A stretch of DNA of 64,000 nucleotides from Albugo candida (Eukaryota). The DNA lies in contig JBDOQK010000012.1 in NCBI GenBank assembly GCA_040437565.1, positions 372,001 through 436,000 of the forward strand, written 5' to 3'. The notes beneath the pieces are model-generated. The model did not search any database and was not told the origin of the DNA. It saw only the letters and a program-made list of their open reading frames with translations. The translations under genes were made by a program, and so were the position numbers. Positions 20,122-32,661 of the stretch are shown here, in pieces; within the stretch, counting starts at the first letter, position 1, and each line of letters begins with the position of its first letter.

Positions 20122-21559
20122 TTTTTCTTCGGTGCAAAATGTCAATATGTGGCTATAATGAATACAACTTTCAAATTGTTCATGCAGAATAGAAACACTT
20201 CCCCGTATCAAAAGTAAAAAAAAGAAAAAGTCATACATAAATGTAGGGTAACTCATGTGGTGTCGTACAGTTTTTCGAAATGAGAGATCAGGTTCAATGG
20301 GACACGTGACGCCTATGTAAGAAAGAAACTTGTATTGTCGAGCTAAGACTATGAGATTCAAATGTGAAATTAGAATTTGAAGTCAACAACATTATCTTCT
20401 GAAAGAACGCATGAAATTGTTAGACATTCCGAAATGTAAGTACGACCGAAGGCAACGCAAAGGCGAGCCCTTAGAGCCTGCTTTCGCATTATTCTAGCAT
20501 CTGAAGACGTAAGACACTCTTATGCGATATTAGACACTTCTGTGAAAGACTGAAAGACTACCTGACCAATTAACGCTTCTTGAAGAAATAGGCTAGACGG
20601 TGAATGTACCCAGTATTCAGTGCAAGTTTATTTGGCGCAAGTGTCGCTCGCCAGGAGCATTCTTTCAAGGGTATTGATTATGCTGGCTTTGAGTTCTATG
20701 TCATAGTATGGTTGAATGCTTGAGCATTGAAGCGTGTTTGCGGATCTTTTTGCTATTTGATTTATGCTTCCTTCAATCAATTGTACGAAGAGCAAATAGC
20801 GTAGAATTTATTCCTCTTGAGCAGAGCATAGACTCTAACTTGCTGTGAAGGGCTATATAAAGTGTGATGATTGTGCAAGATGCCAGTGTGATTGATATTG
20901 GACCCTGATGGTGCTGTTATCCCTATTTCGCTAAGCATGAAAGTCGATCGCCAATTGTATAAAAGTCGTCGAGCGGTAGTTCTAATGGATCTGGGTAACC
21001 CAGCATTAATCAAATCACTAAATCGATTATTCTGGCCCTATTGCGTCATCGACTTGGTTTTGGTCGAGGCTTCGCACTTGTTGTGGCAGACCTTGCCTTC
21101 ATTGTCGTATATTTACAGCGCCCATGTTGGAAATCGTGGCGTCGTGACGAAAGTGAACTTTCAATATTTGATAGCATACTTTTTTCGAGTACATTACATC
21201 CCATTTGCATCAGATTTGGCCGTATAAAAAAATTGTCCTTCCAATTGCCACTAAAGCGATTTATAACTTGGGCCTCCCCGTTAAAAAGCAACAGACGACA
21301 TGCGATCGCATTCACTCGATCGATTCCTCTCTATTTTGATCTGCAGGCCGTCTCTAGTGACAACATCGTACTATTGGATCCGACTTGATGTCTGGATGCA
21401 ATTTACACCGAATGGAGTCTCACGCTGTAATCTCAAAATTCCGTCAAGTACTAAGAATCAAACTGATCAAGCTGCTATTCAACTCTATCTGCATATGCTC
21501 GTTTTCCAACTTTCGATTCCCGATCTTCCCAGCTAATCCACGTCATATTGTTCAAGATT

Positions 21560-22429
21560 TCACAAAAGGTTTTGAAAAGCTTTTGACAGATTCGTCAACT
21601 TCTTGGCTCCAAGACCAGGACAAACCGCCATTTCTTCCGGGGAGGCATTCATCAAGTTTTTAATCGTTCCAAACGTCGATAATAGAGTAATAATGTCGGT
21701 CTTGTTGATGGATCGGATGCCACCTAATAGATTATTTGCCTGAGATATGAAATCGGTTTCCACTCGTTCCTGAATGAGTGAAGCTGGTTTCTGCTCGTAG
21801 CTTTTCAAAGTCTCGATGTATCTTGCCCCTTCTTGCCAACTCCACGACAGAATTAGCGTGAATTGACTCAACAGCGTGACACGATTGATTTCGAGTAACG
21901 AAACCACGTAATCTTCAATGTCGACAAAACATATAACTATTTTATTCCGGTACGATGTGACATCATCACGTTGTATTCTGCCTATACGCTCCTCGAGGTA
22001 GCTACCGTGCAACAGATGGAATCGTATGCTCAAAAACAGAATACACGTATTGGTGTTTTCGTTCGCATTAAATAGCACGTAATCAGGAACCAGTCCATCG
22101 CGAAACTCGCATACGACATTTTGCATATACTGAAGCAAAGGATTTCCAGTTTGACATCGATTTACTTGAACTGTGACAGAAGCATCTAACGTGGAAATGG
22201 TGGGAGCGTCGGAAATCGCGGAATTATTCGAATTTGACAATTTGTATGATGGTGTGCGTTTTAGATTGGCAAAGCTCTCACCGAAAGTTAGGTAACGCGG
22301 TAAGGAATCAGTGGATTTCTCTCCAGTATTATGTAATTTACGCGAGTCAACAATGGAGTCCTTCGATTCCTTGGCGTCTTTCTTCTCCTCCATATCAGAC
22401 TCATTCGCGATCTTAGTGTCTTTATCCAT
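21560..22429 (-). CDS. ERCC1: DNA excision repair protein ERCC1/Rad10
   Basis: QTGNPLL, PDYVL, LFLSIRFHLLH, WSWQEGARYIETLK motifs and a C-terminal HhH2 (INKTD...CPGLGAKK). Confidence 0.95.
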   Translation of the reverse strand: MDKDTKIANESDMEEKKDAKESKDSIVDSRKLHNTGEKSTDSLPRYLTFGESFANLKRTPSYKLSNSNNSAISDAPTISTLDASVTVQVNRCQTGNPLLQYMQNVVCEFRDGLVPDYVLFNANENTNTCILFLSIRFHLLHGSYLEERIGRIQRDDVTSYRNKIVICFVDIEDYVVSLLEINRVTLLSQFTLILSWSWQEGARYIETLKSYEQKPASLIQERVETDFISQANNLLGGIRSINKTDIITLLSTFGTIKNLMNASPEEMAVCPGLGAKKLTNLSKAFQNLL

Positions 22430-22636
22430 TCGCAATACTTATAATTACACGATGGTGTTTCAGCCAATCCAATTCAAAATCGCATTCATTGGGTAAGAAG
22501 TGATGGCCAAGCACTCTAAGCGTCAGNNNNNNNNNNNNNNNNNNNNNNNNNNNNNNNNNNNNNNNNNNNNNNNNNNNNNNNNNNNNNNNNNNNNNNNNNN
22601 NNNNNNNNNNNNNNNNNNNNNNNNNNGTAAGAAGTG

Positions 22637-23876
22637 ATGGCCAAGCACTCTAAGCGTCAGCGTAAAGAGACCAGTATAGACGAAGAAAACTCCGACATGA
22701 CAAATAAAGGATGCAAAAATGCACATTTAGAGTTGGAAAGTGATTCTTCCAATTCTTCGAGTGATGAAGAGACCGAAAAGACATTATTTCGTCCTTCCAG
22801 CGCGCAAAATCCTTCAGATGCAGAGATTATTCGCGATCAGGACCACCAGCGTGATGTTCGCTCTACAAAGGTAGAAAGGAAAAAAGTCAAGAAAACAAAG
22901 TCAGTAAAAGATGACGACACTGTAGAAGATCAGGATTTATTAGTCGAAGAAGTTGCTCAGAAGGTTGAGGCCACGATATACGTCGAAGGCATCCCTTATG
23001 ATTGTGACGAAGGAGACATCGTGACTCATTTTTCTCCTTGTGGTATCGTTAAGGAAGTTCGACTTCCACGTTATCAGGATTCTGGTAGACCTCGTGGATA
23101 TGCACACGTATTATTCGAATCTGCTTCTTCAATTCCCGGAGCTCTGAAAATGGATAAAAAGTATCTAAAGCGGCGATATCTGTCCGTGAGGAAAGCTGAA
23201 AAGCCTCGTAGTGTGGAGTTAGCATTGGAGCAGCAAAAGCAAGCTAACATCAGTGTAAATAAAATTAAAGGATGTCGAACAGTTTTTATAAAACAGTTAC
23301 CTTACGATATCGAGGAAGNNNNNNNNNNNNNNNNNNNNNNNNNNNNNNNNNNNNNNNNNNNNNNNNNNNNNNNNNNNNNNNNNNNNNNNNNNNNNNNNNN
23401 NNNNNNNNNNNNNNNNNNCTGAAAAGCCTCGTAGTGTGGAGTTAGCATTGGAGCAGCAAAAGCAAGCTAACATCAGTGTAAATAAAATTAAAGGATGTCG
23501 AACAGTTTTTATAAAACAGTTACCTTACGATATCGAGGAAGTTCAAGTAAAACAAGCTCTCCAGAATTGTGGAAACATAGTAAGCGTGCGACTACCATTA
23601 TGGAATGATACGAAAAAGCTCAAAGGTTTTGGCTATGTCGAGTTTGAGAAGGAAGAATCTGCTTTGCAAGCAGTCAAAAAAAGCGGCATGAAAATAGGGA
23701 ATCGTATGGCTCTAATACAACTGGAAACAACTCATTCTGGACCCAAAGCGAGTTTCCGTAAGCGAGACGGGCAATATTGGATAAAGGGAGAAGAGAGTAA
23801 AAAATTGCTTGGCAAACGCCTCGCGGAAAAATCACGACACAAAGTGCGAAAAGTAGCTTCGTCAAAGAGACCATAA
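22637..23876 (+). CDS. Two-RRM nucleolin-like RNA-binding protein, split by a gap with a 123-nt overlap
   Basis: RNP2/RNP1 pairs IYVEGIP/RGYAHV and VFIKQLP/KGFGYVEF; acidic and Lys-rich N-terminus; 23196-23318 recurs from 23419. Confidence 0.9.
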
Positions 23877-24653
23877 GCGCGAGTCATTGCGTAGAGTCTG
23901 CGTTGGCATGATTGTCTCCAAAATAGAGAGCAGACTTACTTTTCATCATATTACCCTAGTGTACCAGCTAACGATCACGTCACTTTCTGATCGAGTTCTG
24001 CATTGATATTTTATCAAAATGTGCAGCACTGTACAATAGTCTGATCAATATTCGTCGCCAGAATGGGATTCAAATATTACTTCTGTGACTAGTTTATTCC
24101 CATTGCATGACCAATTTTAGCATCTCTGGCACCCTCTCTCAGTCGACCGGAATAATTATCATTATGTATACTTTAGCGTCTCCTGTAGCCGCAACGGTGC
24201 CGTCAGTAGAGAAAATGATAAATTGCATGACGTTAAGTCTCACAAAGATGCTTCTTTGTATGCATTATACGGTAAGACAGAGAGACTCATCTCACTCACA
24301 TTGCAAAGTTTCGGGATGAACGCTGGATCCTTTAACACCAAGTTATCTATGCTAAGGGGTTCGAATGACATTGGATGGCGGTCCACTAAAACAGGCCGCC
24401 ACAAATGAATAAAATTGGTTTAGCGTTCGAGACAAGCTAGTCAAAAAGCGAATTTTGCCCTCTGAGTATACATCATTGCTCGATGCAGCACAGTTTGATA
24501 GAATGATAGGTCTATGTAAGCAAGTCGCGCTCATGGTCGCAGACCCGACATAGCAGAGCTATCTCGTGTCATTTTATAGCTGTCTCTTGGAACTACGCGA
24601 CATGACCTGCTAGAGCTGCACACTGCTTATCTAAATATAAGACCCGTAGCCAA

Positions 24654-25581
24654 ATGGATGCTTTGCTTTCTCGTTCTGGCGTTCGGCAAGGACTCACTGC
24701 ACTTACACGAGTGAAACAAGTAAATAAATTGCAAGTATCCCTACGGTCCTATTCAGATGTGAAGAAGGATGCGGAAAATGACGCTCTGATGGAACAACTA
24801 CGCCAGCAGCATCTTGAAGAGGAAGAACGAACAAGTATGAGCGCACTAATCATCGAGGCTTCTTTTAAATGTGTCTGATGAAGTATTACCGTATCATGCT
24901 TCTGAGCACGTCTTACCCTCGATAAATAAAGTTGGCATTCCATTTCCTGAAGAAGTATCTGTTGTTTCGGGTGTGAGCCATTGGTCAGCAGGACGGAAGG
25001 TTCCATTGATCGCTCTCTTGACTTTGACTTCTCTCACTATACTTTTAGGTTCAAATCTTCAAACCTGCGCGACATCAAATGCAAAGCGGAACGTACAACA
25101 CGCGTCATTGGGAAATTCGCTTCGAATCGCCAAGTTAGTGGGAAGTTTTTCTTTCGAAGAGGGCTCTAATTGTATCGTGAGTCTAGAAACCTGGGAAAAT
25201 CCATTGATGAAATGGACGAGCACTGATGATCCTTTCCATTCAGTCGTTCTCAAATTCGATACCAAAGAGGAAGCACTGATGTTTGCTCGAAAGCAAAGTA
25301 TGTTAATATTTAGCAAGAGTTTGTTTGGCTAAAAATGTCGCCTCCATGTAGGATGGGAATTTGAGATTGAAGAACCAAGTCCAACAGGCAATTTTGATGG
25401 GGAGCTTTCCTACTCACACAATTTCTTGCCTCTGGATCTAGAGAACAAGATCAAACGAGAAGGTAAAAAATCACACGTGCATTTCCGCCACCCAACTGGA
25501 CGACAAAGTAATTGGGTCAAGACACTAAAGTATCACGGTCAAGGCGAAGTCGAGCAACACGGAGGCGAGAAACCTGAATGA
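24654..25581 (+). CDS. NDUFS4: NADH:ubiquinone oxidoreductase 18-kDa subunit (Fe-S protein 4); multi-exon
   Basis: Spliced [16 protein letters not shown]...WEIRFE and [14 protein letters not shown]...[13 protein letters not shown]; presequence-like N-terminus. Confidence 0.92.
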
Positions 25582-25650
25582 TATCTCATTTTTCCAATAT
25601 GAAATGATACACTTGCATTGAGAATGAAAATTCTTTTCAAAAATGTCAAT

Positions 25651-26629
25651 TTACAACTTCTTCGAAAAAGTTGGGCTCTCCAATGTTTTGCTCCATCCTA
25701 ATGACATTACACCATTATGTGTCCAGCACTTGATGCTGATGTGGTCGATGACTGATTCGGGTTGTAGCGAATCTCCGGGCCTCGCTGAGTCGAATCAGAT
25801 GAATCCATATTTGTCATGTGCGATTGATACGCGGGGTGCTACAATCGGCGATTAATGCAATAGGCGTATCACAGAACATTTTTTTCTTACCTTGTGAATC
25901 AGAAAGAAATTAAAAAGAGCAAGTGCGAGGAATAAAAATCCAATAATGCTTCCTATCCATCCCAAAGAAAAGGCCAATAATGCGATTCTACACACCCAGA
26001 TTCAGTCCACGTCTAAAGACATCCGAAATAAAGCTCACGTACACCAATACATAGCAACTTCGTCCAGGTGCTGTGAATATGAATCCAAAGTTTTTCTTAA
26101 TCTTTTCGGCCAATGATGGAAAGCTCTCATGGTTTTCGCATACAACCAGCCCCGCGGCCAGCACCCTTTCAATGACTCGTTATACGTGAATCCTGCATAA
26201 GACCAATTGACTTACATGATGCAAACATAAACAAGAAGCTGCTCATAATTCTCGAGTCGTGTCAGCGCGACGAAAGAAGTAAGAACCAAAGTGCCAGCGC
26301 CGAACAGATTTGCAAGGCGAAGGTATCCATTGATACGCGCAATGTCCATTCTCGTGATTCGTTCCGCGAGCTCTCCTGCCGGCTCACCGATTGCCCGGGG
26401 AAGGTGAAATTGACTCGCGACAGGTTGTGCTACCGGTACATTTGCAGGCAATTGAGAAGGCATTGGCATTGGAAGAGTGGCTGAAGAGCTGGACGATGTG
26501 GATTTTAGCGTTGAGGACGTAGCGGTCGATGAAGTAGAGGATCCTTCTGTTTGGGAAAGAAATTGCGTGAGTTCAACGCGACATCAACGCATCAACTGAC
26601 GTACGCGGCATGGTCGTTGGTGCCATCAT
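25651..26629 (-). CDS. Golgi COPI-associated (TVP15-like) membrane protein; multi-exon
   Basis: Ser/Thr-rich N-terminus, four hydrophobic segments, NFGFIFTAPGRSCY motif and HPAY after the last TM. Confidence 0.7.
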
Positions 26630-26846
26630 GATAAATTCTTTGTAGTACCTGTCATTACTTATTAGTGCGCGGTATAGAGCAGATATTTGGCAAAATATTT
26701 GATTGACAGAATCAATTGACTCGAAAAAAGTTATGCGATTGAAATACTTTAATGGCTACTTTTGATGCAAATCGTAACAAGCCAATCTATCATAAAGTGG
26801 ATTGGGTCCTTATATCATTTGAAAATCTTACAGACTCAAATTGGCT

Positions 26847-28115
26847 ATGATTCAGTCCTATCAAACTGCCGATTGCCCAGGAGTAAGGCTTCTTGAGCAA
26901 AATGATGTGGAAAAGAGTCAGATTGAGGAGACAGAAAGCGTCACTAGTAGCTCCATGGAAAGCAGTTCTCTATCCATTTCGAGCGAAAGTGACGAACATT
27001 GGAAAGCACTTTCTTGGGCGCAGGAATGGGAATCGATATGGCGGTTCATTGCCAGCGAGCCAATTTGTGTACTTTTAATTTTGATACCTTTTGGCATTTG
27101 GTGTGGTGTTGCGAAATGGAATGATACAGTCACTTTCACAATTAATTTTCTGATTATGATTCCGTTGGCAAAGTTATTGAGCGAGTCAACAGAGGTCATA
27201 GCATGTCACACCGGGGACGTATGTGGCGGATTAGTGAATGCGACATTCGGAAATGCTGTAGAATTAGTTATGGCGATGTTGGCATTGCGGAAGGGTGAAT
27301 TTGCAGTGGTGCAGTCATCATTGATTGGCTCGGTGCTGTCAAATATGTTGTTCGTGCTCGGCAGTAGCTTCCTTGCCGGTGGAATTCGGAGCAGCGAAAC
27401 CACATTCAGCTCCGTTGTAGCAAGCGCAAATTTGTCTTTACTGATGCTCGCAAATTTTGCCATGCTTCTCTCCTCTTATGTATATTTCTATATGGATTTC
27501 AAGTCAGAAGGCGATAAAATGAAAACAACGTTGACATTGTCACGTATTTCGGCTTTGGTTTTACTGTTTCTATATATGCAGTTTCTGGTCTTTCAACTTT
27601 GGACACATTTTCAGTTTTTTCGGGACGAACAAGTGGAAAATGTGAACGTGCGACTCTCATTGCGGGCCAGTGGAGTAGTTCTCCTTGGCTTGACCATTTT
27701 GGTGAGTGTTATTTCCAACTTTTTGGTGTCCTCTATTGATGGATACACAAAGAGCATGCACATCAGTAAGACTTTTGTCGGTATTGTACTTTTACCAATA
27801 GTGGGGAATGCTGTTGAGCACCTGACTGCTATCAAAGTGGCGATGAATGGTAAAATGGAGTTGGCTGTGGGTGTGGCGATTGGCTCAGCCACACAAGTGG
27901 CGCTGTTTATCGTGCCGATAGTTGTCTTAGTTGGCGGAATATTGGGTCAACCGTTGACGCTTGCGTTCCCAAAACTCGACACACTCATTTATTTGATGGC
28001 TGTAGTAATTGTTTATATGGCTGTTGCTGATGGAAAGTCCAATTGGCTTGAAGGTGCGATGCTTTTAACGGCGTATGTGCTCATTGCAATCGCTTTGTTA
28101 TGCGTCCCGTCCTAA
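26847..28115 (+). CDS. Ca2+/H+ antiporter (CAX, CaCA family)
   Basis: Alpha-repeats NATFGNAVE and PIVGNAVEH, plus GSVLSNMLFVLG and SNWLEG. Confidence 0.95.
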   Translation: MIQSYQTADCPGVRLLEQNDVEKSQIEETESVTSSSMESSSLSISSESDEHWKALSWAQEWESIWRFIASEPICVLLILIPFGIWCGVAKWNDTVTFTINFLIMIPLAKLLSESTEVIACHTGDVCGGLVNATFGNAVELVMAMLALRKGEFAVVQSSLIGSVLSNMLFVLGSSFLAGGIRSSETTFSSVVASANLSLLMLANFAMLLSSYVYFYMDFKSEGDKMKTTLTLSRISALVLLFLYMQFLVFQLWTHFQFFRDEQVENVNVRLSLRASGVVLLGLTILVSVISNFLVSSIDGYTKSMHISKTFVGIVLLPIVGNAVEHLTAIKVAMNGKMELAVGVAIGSATQVALFIVPIVVLVGGILGQPLTLAFPKLDTLIYLMAVVIVYMAVADGKSNWLEGAMLLTAYVLIAIALLCVPS

Positions 28116-28235
28116 AATAGAGGAAAGGATGTNNNNNNNNNNNNNNNNNNNNNNNNNNNNNNNNNNNNNNNNNNNNNNNNNNNNNNNNNNNNNNNNNNNN
28201 NNNNNNNNNNNNNNNNNNNNNNNNNNNNNNNNCAT

Positions 28236-31064
28236 GTGCAATGTATAGCAATGTACAAATTCTGGGTACGCCCACGATTACGAATTCCTGGCGCCACATA
28301 TGCCATTAGGAGATGCATTCCATCATTTGCTGCTACTCATAACCGCACGATTATACATTCGCGAATTAGTTTTTTAAAATTTCGAGCTGAACAGGAAAAT
28401 CACGGTGCTGTATCTAAGACAGGAATCAGTTCTACTCTATTTGACCAAATGAAGCAATTCTTGTCAAATCTGGATCCTGCACAACATGAAACGATGAAGC
28501 GTATTATTGACACGATGCTTCATCATCACGTATATGCCACAATGCGTGGGGAAGAAGCTTCTGTTATGGTCATGGTAACCCATGCCATGCAAGAGTATGA
28601 TTCTGTAATCTCTGTATACCAGTCCCTGCGAGATCATAACGTGCCTCCATCACCGATAACGTTGGAACTCGTATCGGATGCTTGTGCTCGAATAGGAAAG
28701 CATGCCACCGCATTAGAGATTGTGGAGCGGATGCATGATGAAGGCGACACCATGCTTCCACTGGGGAAAATATATGAAAATGCTATTCGAGCGTGCCATC
28801 GAGATGGAAAATGGATCAAATCGATGCATTTGTTTGATGAAATGGCGTCTTATGACCTACAAACCCCACCTGAATTATATGTGGAGTGCCTGACGTTGTG
28901 CACGCAAAACAAAGAACCCAATGCAACTCGGAAATTACTGGCAAAGGTTCAAAATACTTCCTCAAATGAAGAATTGAAAACTTTATTGCTCTCACTGCTC
29001 AAAATTGTGCTGAAAGAAGGAAATCTTGAAAATGCATTTTTATTGATAGATGAGCTGAGGGAGAAGGTCAAATGGCGAATCACAAAAGACATTCTTGCGA
29101 AAATGATGGAAGTTTGCGCAAGCGAGCGCGCTTGGGATCGCGCTGAATCTTTGTTGACTCAATACACAGGAGATTCTTCCTTTGGTCAACCCATTGTATA
29201 CCCGTCCAAGTCGTATACGTCCAATATTCGAGCCATGATGATCGCCATGAAAGACCATCAAATTCCGATGACACTAGACCTTTATAATGCGGCATTACGC
29301 GAGTACGGTCGACATCGATTGGAGAAAGAAGCAATAAAACTTTTCCAAGAGATCATCCAAGCTGGTTTGATACCAAATGAAGTGTCTTATAACGCTGTCA
29401 TGCAATCACTTGATCGAAATATTGGCCAAGTGAAGGTATGGTTTTCGCGCCTAAAGGCACAAAACCACTTGAATCCAACTCGAGACACGTATCTGATTCT
29501 TATGAAAGCTCTCAGTCGAGCCAATTCTTGGCAGGAAGTGATCAATACTTTCGAAGACGTATCTCAGCGACATTCCATTGATAGAGATCATCGCATCATG
29601 TCGATCGTAACGGTGGCGCATGCGCGCTTGCGCAATTATGAAAAATTACTCCAGCTATTTTGTGACATGAAAATGCGAGGATTGGATTTGCCTATTCATT
29701 TGCATGGTGAAGCAATGTTTGCGTATATTTACACGGAGCAATGGCAAAATGCTTTATTGCTATTTCAACACGTAACCGAAAGCGGCCAATTTGACACCAA
29801 TCAGCTGGCTCAATGTGCAATTATGTGGGACGCAGTGATTTTCGCGTGTGTGCGCGGAAAGCAACACAAGCAAATGGAGCGATATTATACCGAAATGACT
29901 CATTATCAGGTGCGTCCCAGTGTAAAAACAGTTATTCAAGTTATCAAACATCTTGATAACGTACAACTTGAATCGATATGGAATATATTTGGAAGTGACT
30001 ACCGACATGTGGGAATTGTAAATGAAACACTGCAGCGCGCAATGGAACACAGCAAGCCTGAGTTTGTGCAGCTTGTGTTGTCTGATGCAGAAGCGATGAG
30101 AGAAGCTGGTTGCATTCATTACAATTCCATGACATACTCATTATTTCTGCGATATTTTGCAATGAAAAATGATGTTGCAAACTTCACAAAGATTTGCAAG
30201 CAAATGAATCAAGACGATAAAGTGACGGTGACGGTCTTTACTTATCGCGCAATCTTGCAACTTATACAAAACTTGGCCAGGGATATTGGGACAGAAGATG
30301 TCACAAAAGATTGGCAGCCCATATTTGATCTGATTGGAGTAGATCCAGGTGAGATAGATGGCACTTTTGAAGGTACTGCAAAACGGGTTTTAATGCATGC
30401 CGAAGATCAAGGATATTTGTGTGACCCAGTTTGCTTGCGGTACTATGTTGGAATGTGTCACAATGTGGAAGACGCAGAAGTGGTACTAAGACAACTTGAA
30501 AATGGCTTTCGGTCCGCAAACTCATTTGTATTGACATCTGCTGTATTGGACGCTATTATAGTGCTGTTTGGAGACTATGATGAGCAGCCAGACCGTATTT
30601 GCGACTTAATGGTGCGGGTTTTTAAAACGCAGTCTTGCACCGAATTGAAATGTTCCGCATTAAGTGCGTTCTGTAGCGTGAATTCGCCTCAGAATGTAGT
30701 GCGATTATTTGAATCGTTATGTAGCAGCCTGGCAAGATCCAATTTATTACAAAAAGATCAAGTCGTTTATTTTATCGCACGTTTGGTGCAACCGGATGCG
30801 CCTTTGGAACAGCTGGATACGTTGCTCCGCATAGCTTCCAAGAGTGACCTTGCACCACTACCGCCATCCTCCGTGGCATTAATCGTGGAAGGGATTGCAG
30901 AGAAACGATTTCGAGAAAATATTTCCCCGAGGGACCAACACTCGCTCATCCGATTGGCTTGTTCAGGTTACACGAATGATCAAATTCGTACATTTCTCAA
31001 AGTTTTAGGAGCGAGTCCAGAATTAAAAGATGTAGTAGCAGTGTTTGAGGAAGAGGATTATTAA
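28236..31064 (+). CDS. Pentatricopeptide-repeat protein, probably mitochondrial
   Basis: PPR units such as YNAALREYGR...AIKLFQEIIQAGLIPNEVSYNAVM; basic N-terminus; start at 28236 or 28251. Confidence 0.88.
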   Translation: MQCIAMYKFWVRPRLRIPGATYAIRRCIPSFAATHNRTIIHSRISFLKFRAEQENHGAVSKTGISSTLFDQMKQFLSNLDPAQHETMKRIIDTMLHHHVYATMRGEEASVMVMVTHAMQEYDSVISVYQSLRDHNVPPSPITLELVSDACARIGKHATALEIVERMHDEGDTMLPLGKIYENAIRACHRDGKWIKSMHLFDEMASYDLQTPPELYVECLTLCTQNKEPNATRKLLAKVQNTSSNEELKTLLLSLLKIVLKEGNLENAFLLIDELREKVKWRITKDILAKMMEVCASERAWDRAESLLTQYTGDSSFGQPIVYPSKSYTSNIRAMMIAMKDHQIPMTLDLYNAALREYGRHRLEKEAIKLFQEIIQAGLIPNEVSYNAVMQSLDRNIGQVKVWFSRLKAQNHLNPTRDTYLILMKALSRANSWQEVINTFEDVSQRHSIDRDHRIMSIVTVAHARLRNYEKLLQLFCDMKMRGLDLPIHLHGEAMFAYIYTEQWQNALLLFQHVTESGQFDTNQLAQCAIMWDAVIFACVRGKQHKQMERYYTEMTHYQVRPSVKTVIQVIKHLDNVQLESIWNIFGSDYRHVGIVNETLQRAMEHSKPEFVQLVLSDAEAMREAGCIHYNSMTYSLFLRYFAMKNDVANFTKICKQMNQDDKVTVTVFTYRAILQLIQNLARDIGTEDVTKDWQPIFDLIGVDPGEIDGTFEGTAKRVLMHAEDQGYLCDPVCLRYYVGMCHNVEDAEVVLRQLENGFRSANSFVLTSAVLDAIIVLFGDYDEQPDRICDLMVRVFKTQSCTELKCSALSAFCSVNSPQNVVRLFESLCSSLARSNLLQKDQVVYFIARLVQPDAPLEQLDTLLRIASKSDLAPLPPSSVALIVEGIAEKRFRENISPRDQHSLIRLACSGYTNDQIRTFLKVLGASPELKDVVAVFEEEDY

Positions 31065-31167
31065 TTTTAACAATGTCAGCTATTTTGATATCGTAAAGGC
31101 GTTTCTTATATTTTTGCCGGATTCAAGTCTGAGGAAAGCATAAAAGTCGACTTGTCCATAAGTGAAA

Positions 31168-32562
31168 ATGGGCTGCACCAACTCGAAACAAGTACGAGCA
31201 CGAGAATAAATCGATTGTATGGACCTCATCTAAATGTCTGTGTAGGAAGGCGTCGTTAACTCGGACCAACTGAATGCGAATGGCGTGGAGAAGAAGCACT
31301 CGACGGAGGCAACAGACACGATAAAGCCTAAACTACGTGATTCAACGGATGAGGGCTCACATGACGGAAAAGCTGCTCAAAGCGCATTCAATCGTTTTGA
31401 CAGCCAGTATGACCTCGGAAAAACGATTGGGTCAGGAACGTTTTCAATTGTTCGTGAAGGTATTCATAAACCAACAAAGCAAAAGTATGCGATCAAATGC
31501 ATCAAGCGCGACGGTCTCACCGTCGAAGACATTGAAGCTCTCACAACAGAAGTAGCCATTTTGAAACAGGTGTGTTTTGTTTGCCAACTTTAGAAACAGC
31601 GCTGACTTCAGTTGCCTTGCAGATGAATCACCCAAACATCATGATTCTATACGACTTTTTTGCCGAAGATAAATATTACTATCTCGTGACCGAATTCATG
31701 GAAGGTGGCGAGCTTTTTGATCGCATTGTCGAGAAGGTATCATTCTATCTTATTGTGGAGGAACATATAAACTTATATTATATCATAGTCATACTATAGC
31801 GAGCGAGAAGCACGCGATCTTGTCAAACTTTTGCTGGAAGCCGTGAAATATTGCCACGATTTTGATATAGTGCATCGCGATCTGAAACCAGAAAATCTAT
31901 TACTCACTAGCAAAGACGACGATGCGTCCATCAAACTGGCCGACTTTGGATTTGCCAAGAAGATTGATGTCGATAGTTACGGGCTGACAACGGCATGTGG
32001 AACGCCAGGCTATGTCGCTCCAGAGATACTGGAAGGTCATCCATACGGAAAAGCAGTCGATATATGGAGTGTTGGTGTGATCACGTATATTCTACTGTGT
32101 GGTTATCCTCCATTCCATGACGAAAACCATAATGCGCTTTTCAAGAAAATCAAACGAGGAAAATTCCAATTTGATTCGCCGTACTGGGATCATGTATCCG
32201 ATGATGCCAAAGATCTAATCACAAAGATGCTGGTTACAAACCCAAATGATCGGTATGCTTGATTTTCACTTGAAACCGGGAGTTTCGATTGACTTTTTTG
32301 TATGCATAGAGAAACAGCATCGCAAGTACTGCAACACAAATGGGTCACAGGAAGCGATGTCGCCACTGTTCAATTGACAAGTGCCTTGGAAGAATTACGC
32401 CGATTCAATGCGCGTCGGAAATTCAAGGCTGCTGTCAGCACCGTTCAGGCAACTATCTCGCTTTCCCGAAACTTTTCTAATCGGTCAGCAAATGCAGCGG
32501 AGATTGAGACGAACAAGGTCGAAAATGTTAATGCTGAAATCGAAGCAAGCGGAAAAGAATGA
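31168..32562 (+). CDS. Ca2+/calmodulin-dependent (CaMKI-like) Ser/Thr kinase; 5 exons
   Basis: GSGTFS, AIK, HRDLKPEN, DFG and CGTPGYVAPE motifs; CaM-binding-like LRRFNARRKFKAAV; first exon encodes MGCTNSKQ. Confidence 0.95.
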
Positions 32563-32661
32563 ATGTGCTGACAATGATACTTTATATCTTAACAGATAGG
32601 GCTAGTGCACGATAACTTGTTAGGTTCTTTTCAACAGATATTCCTAAAATAACATTGGATC

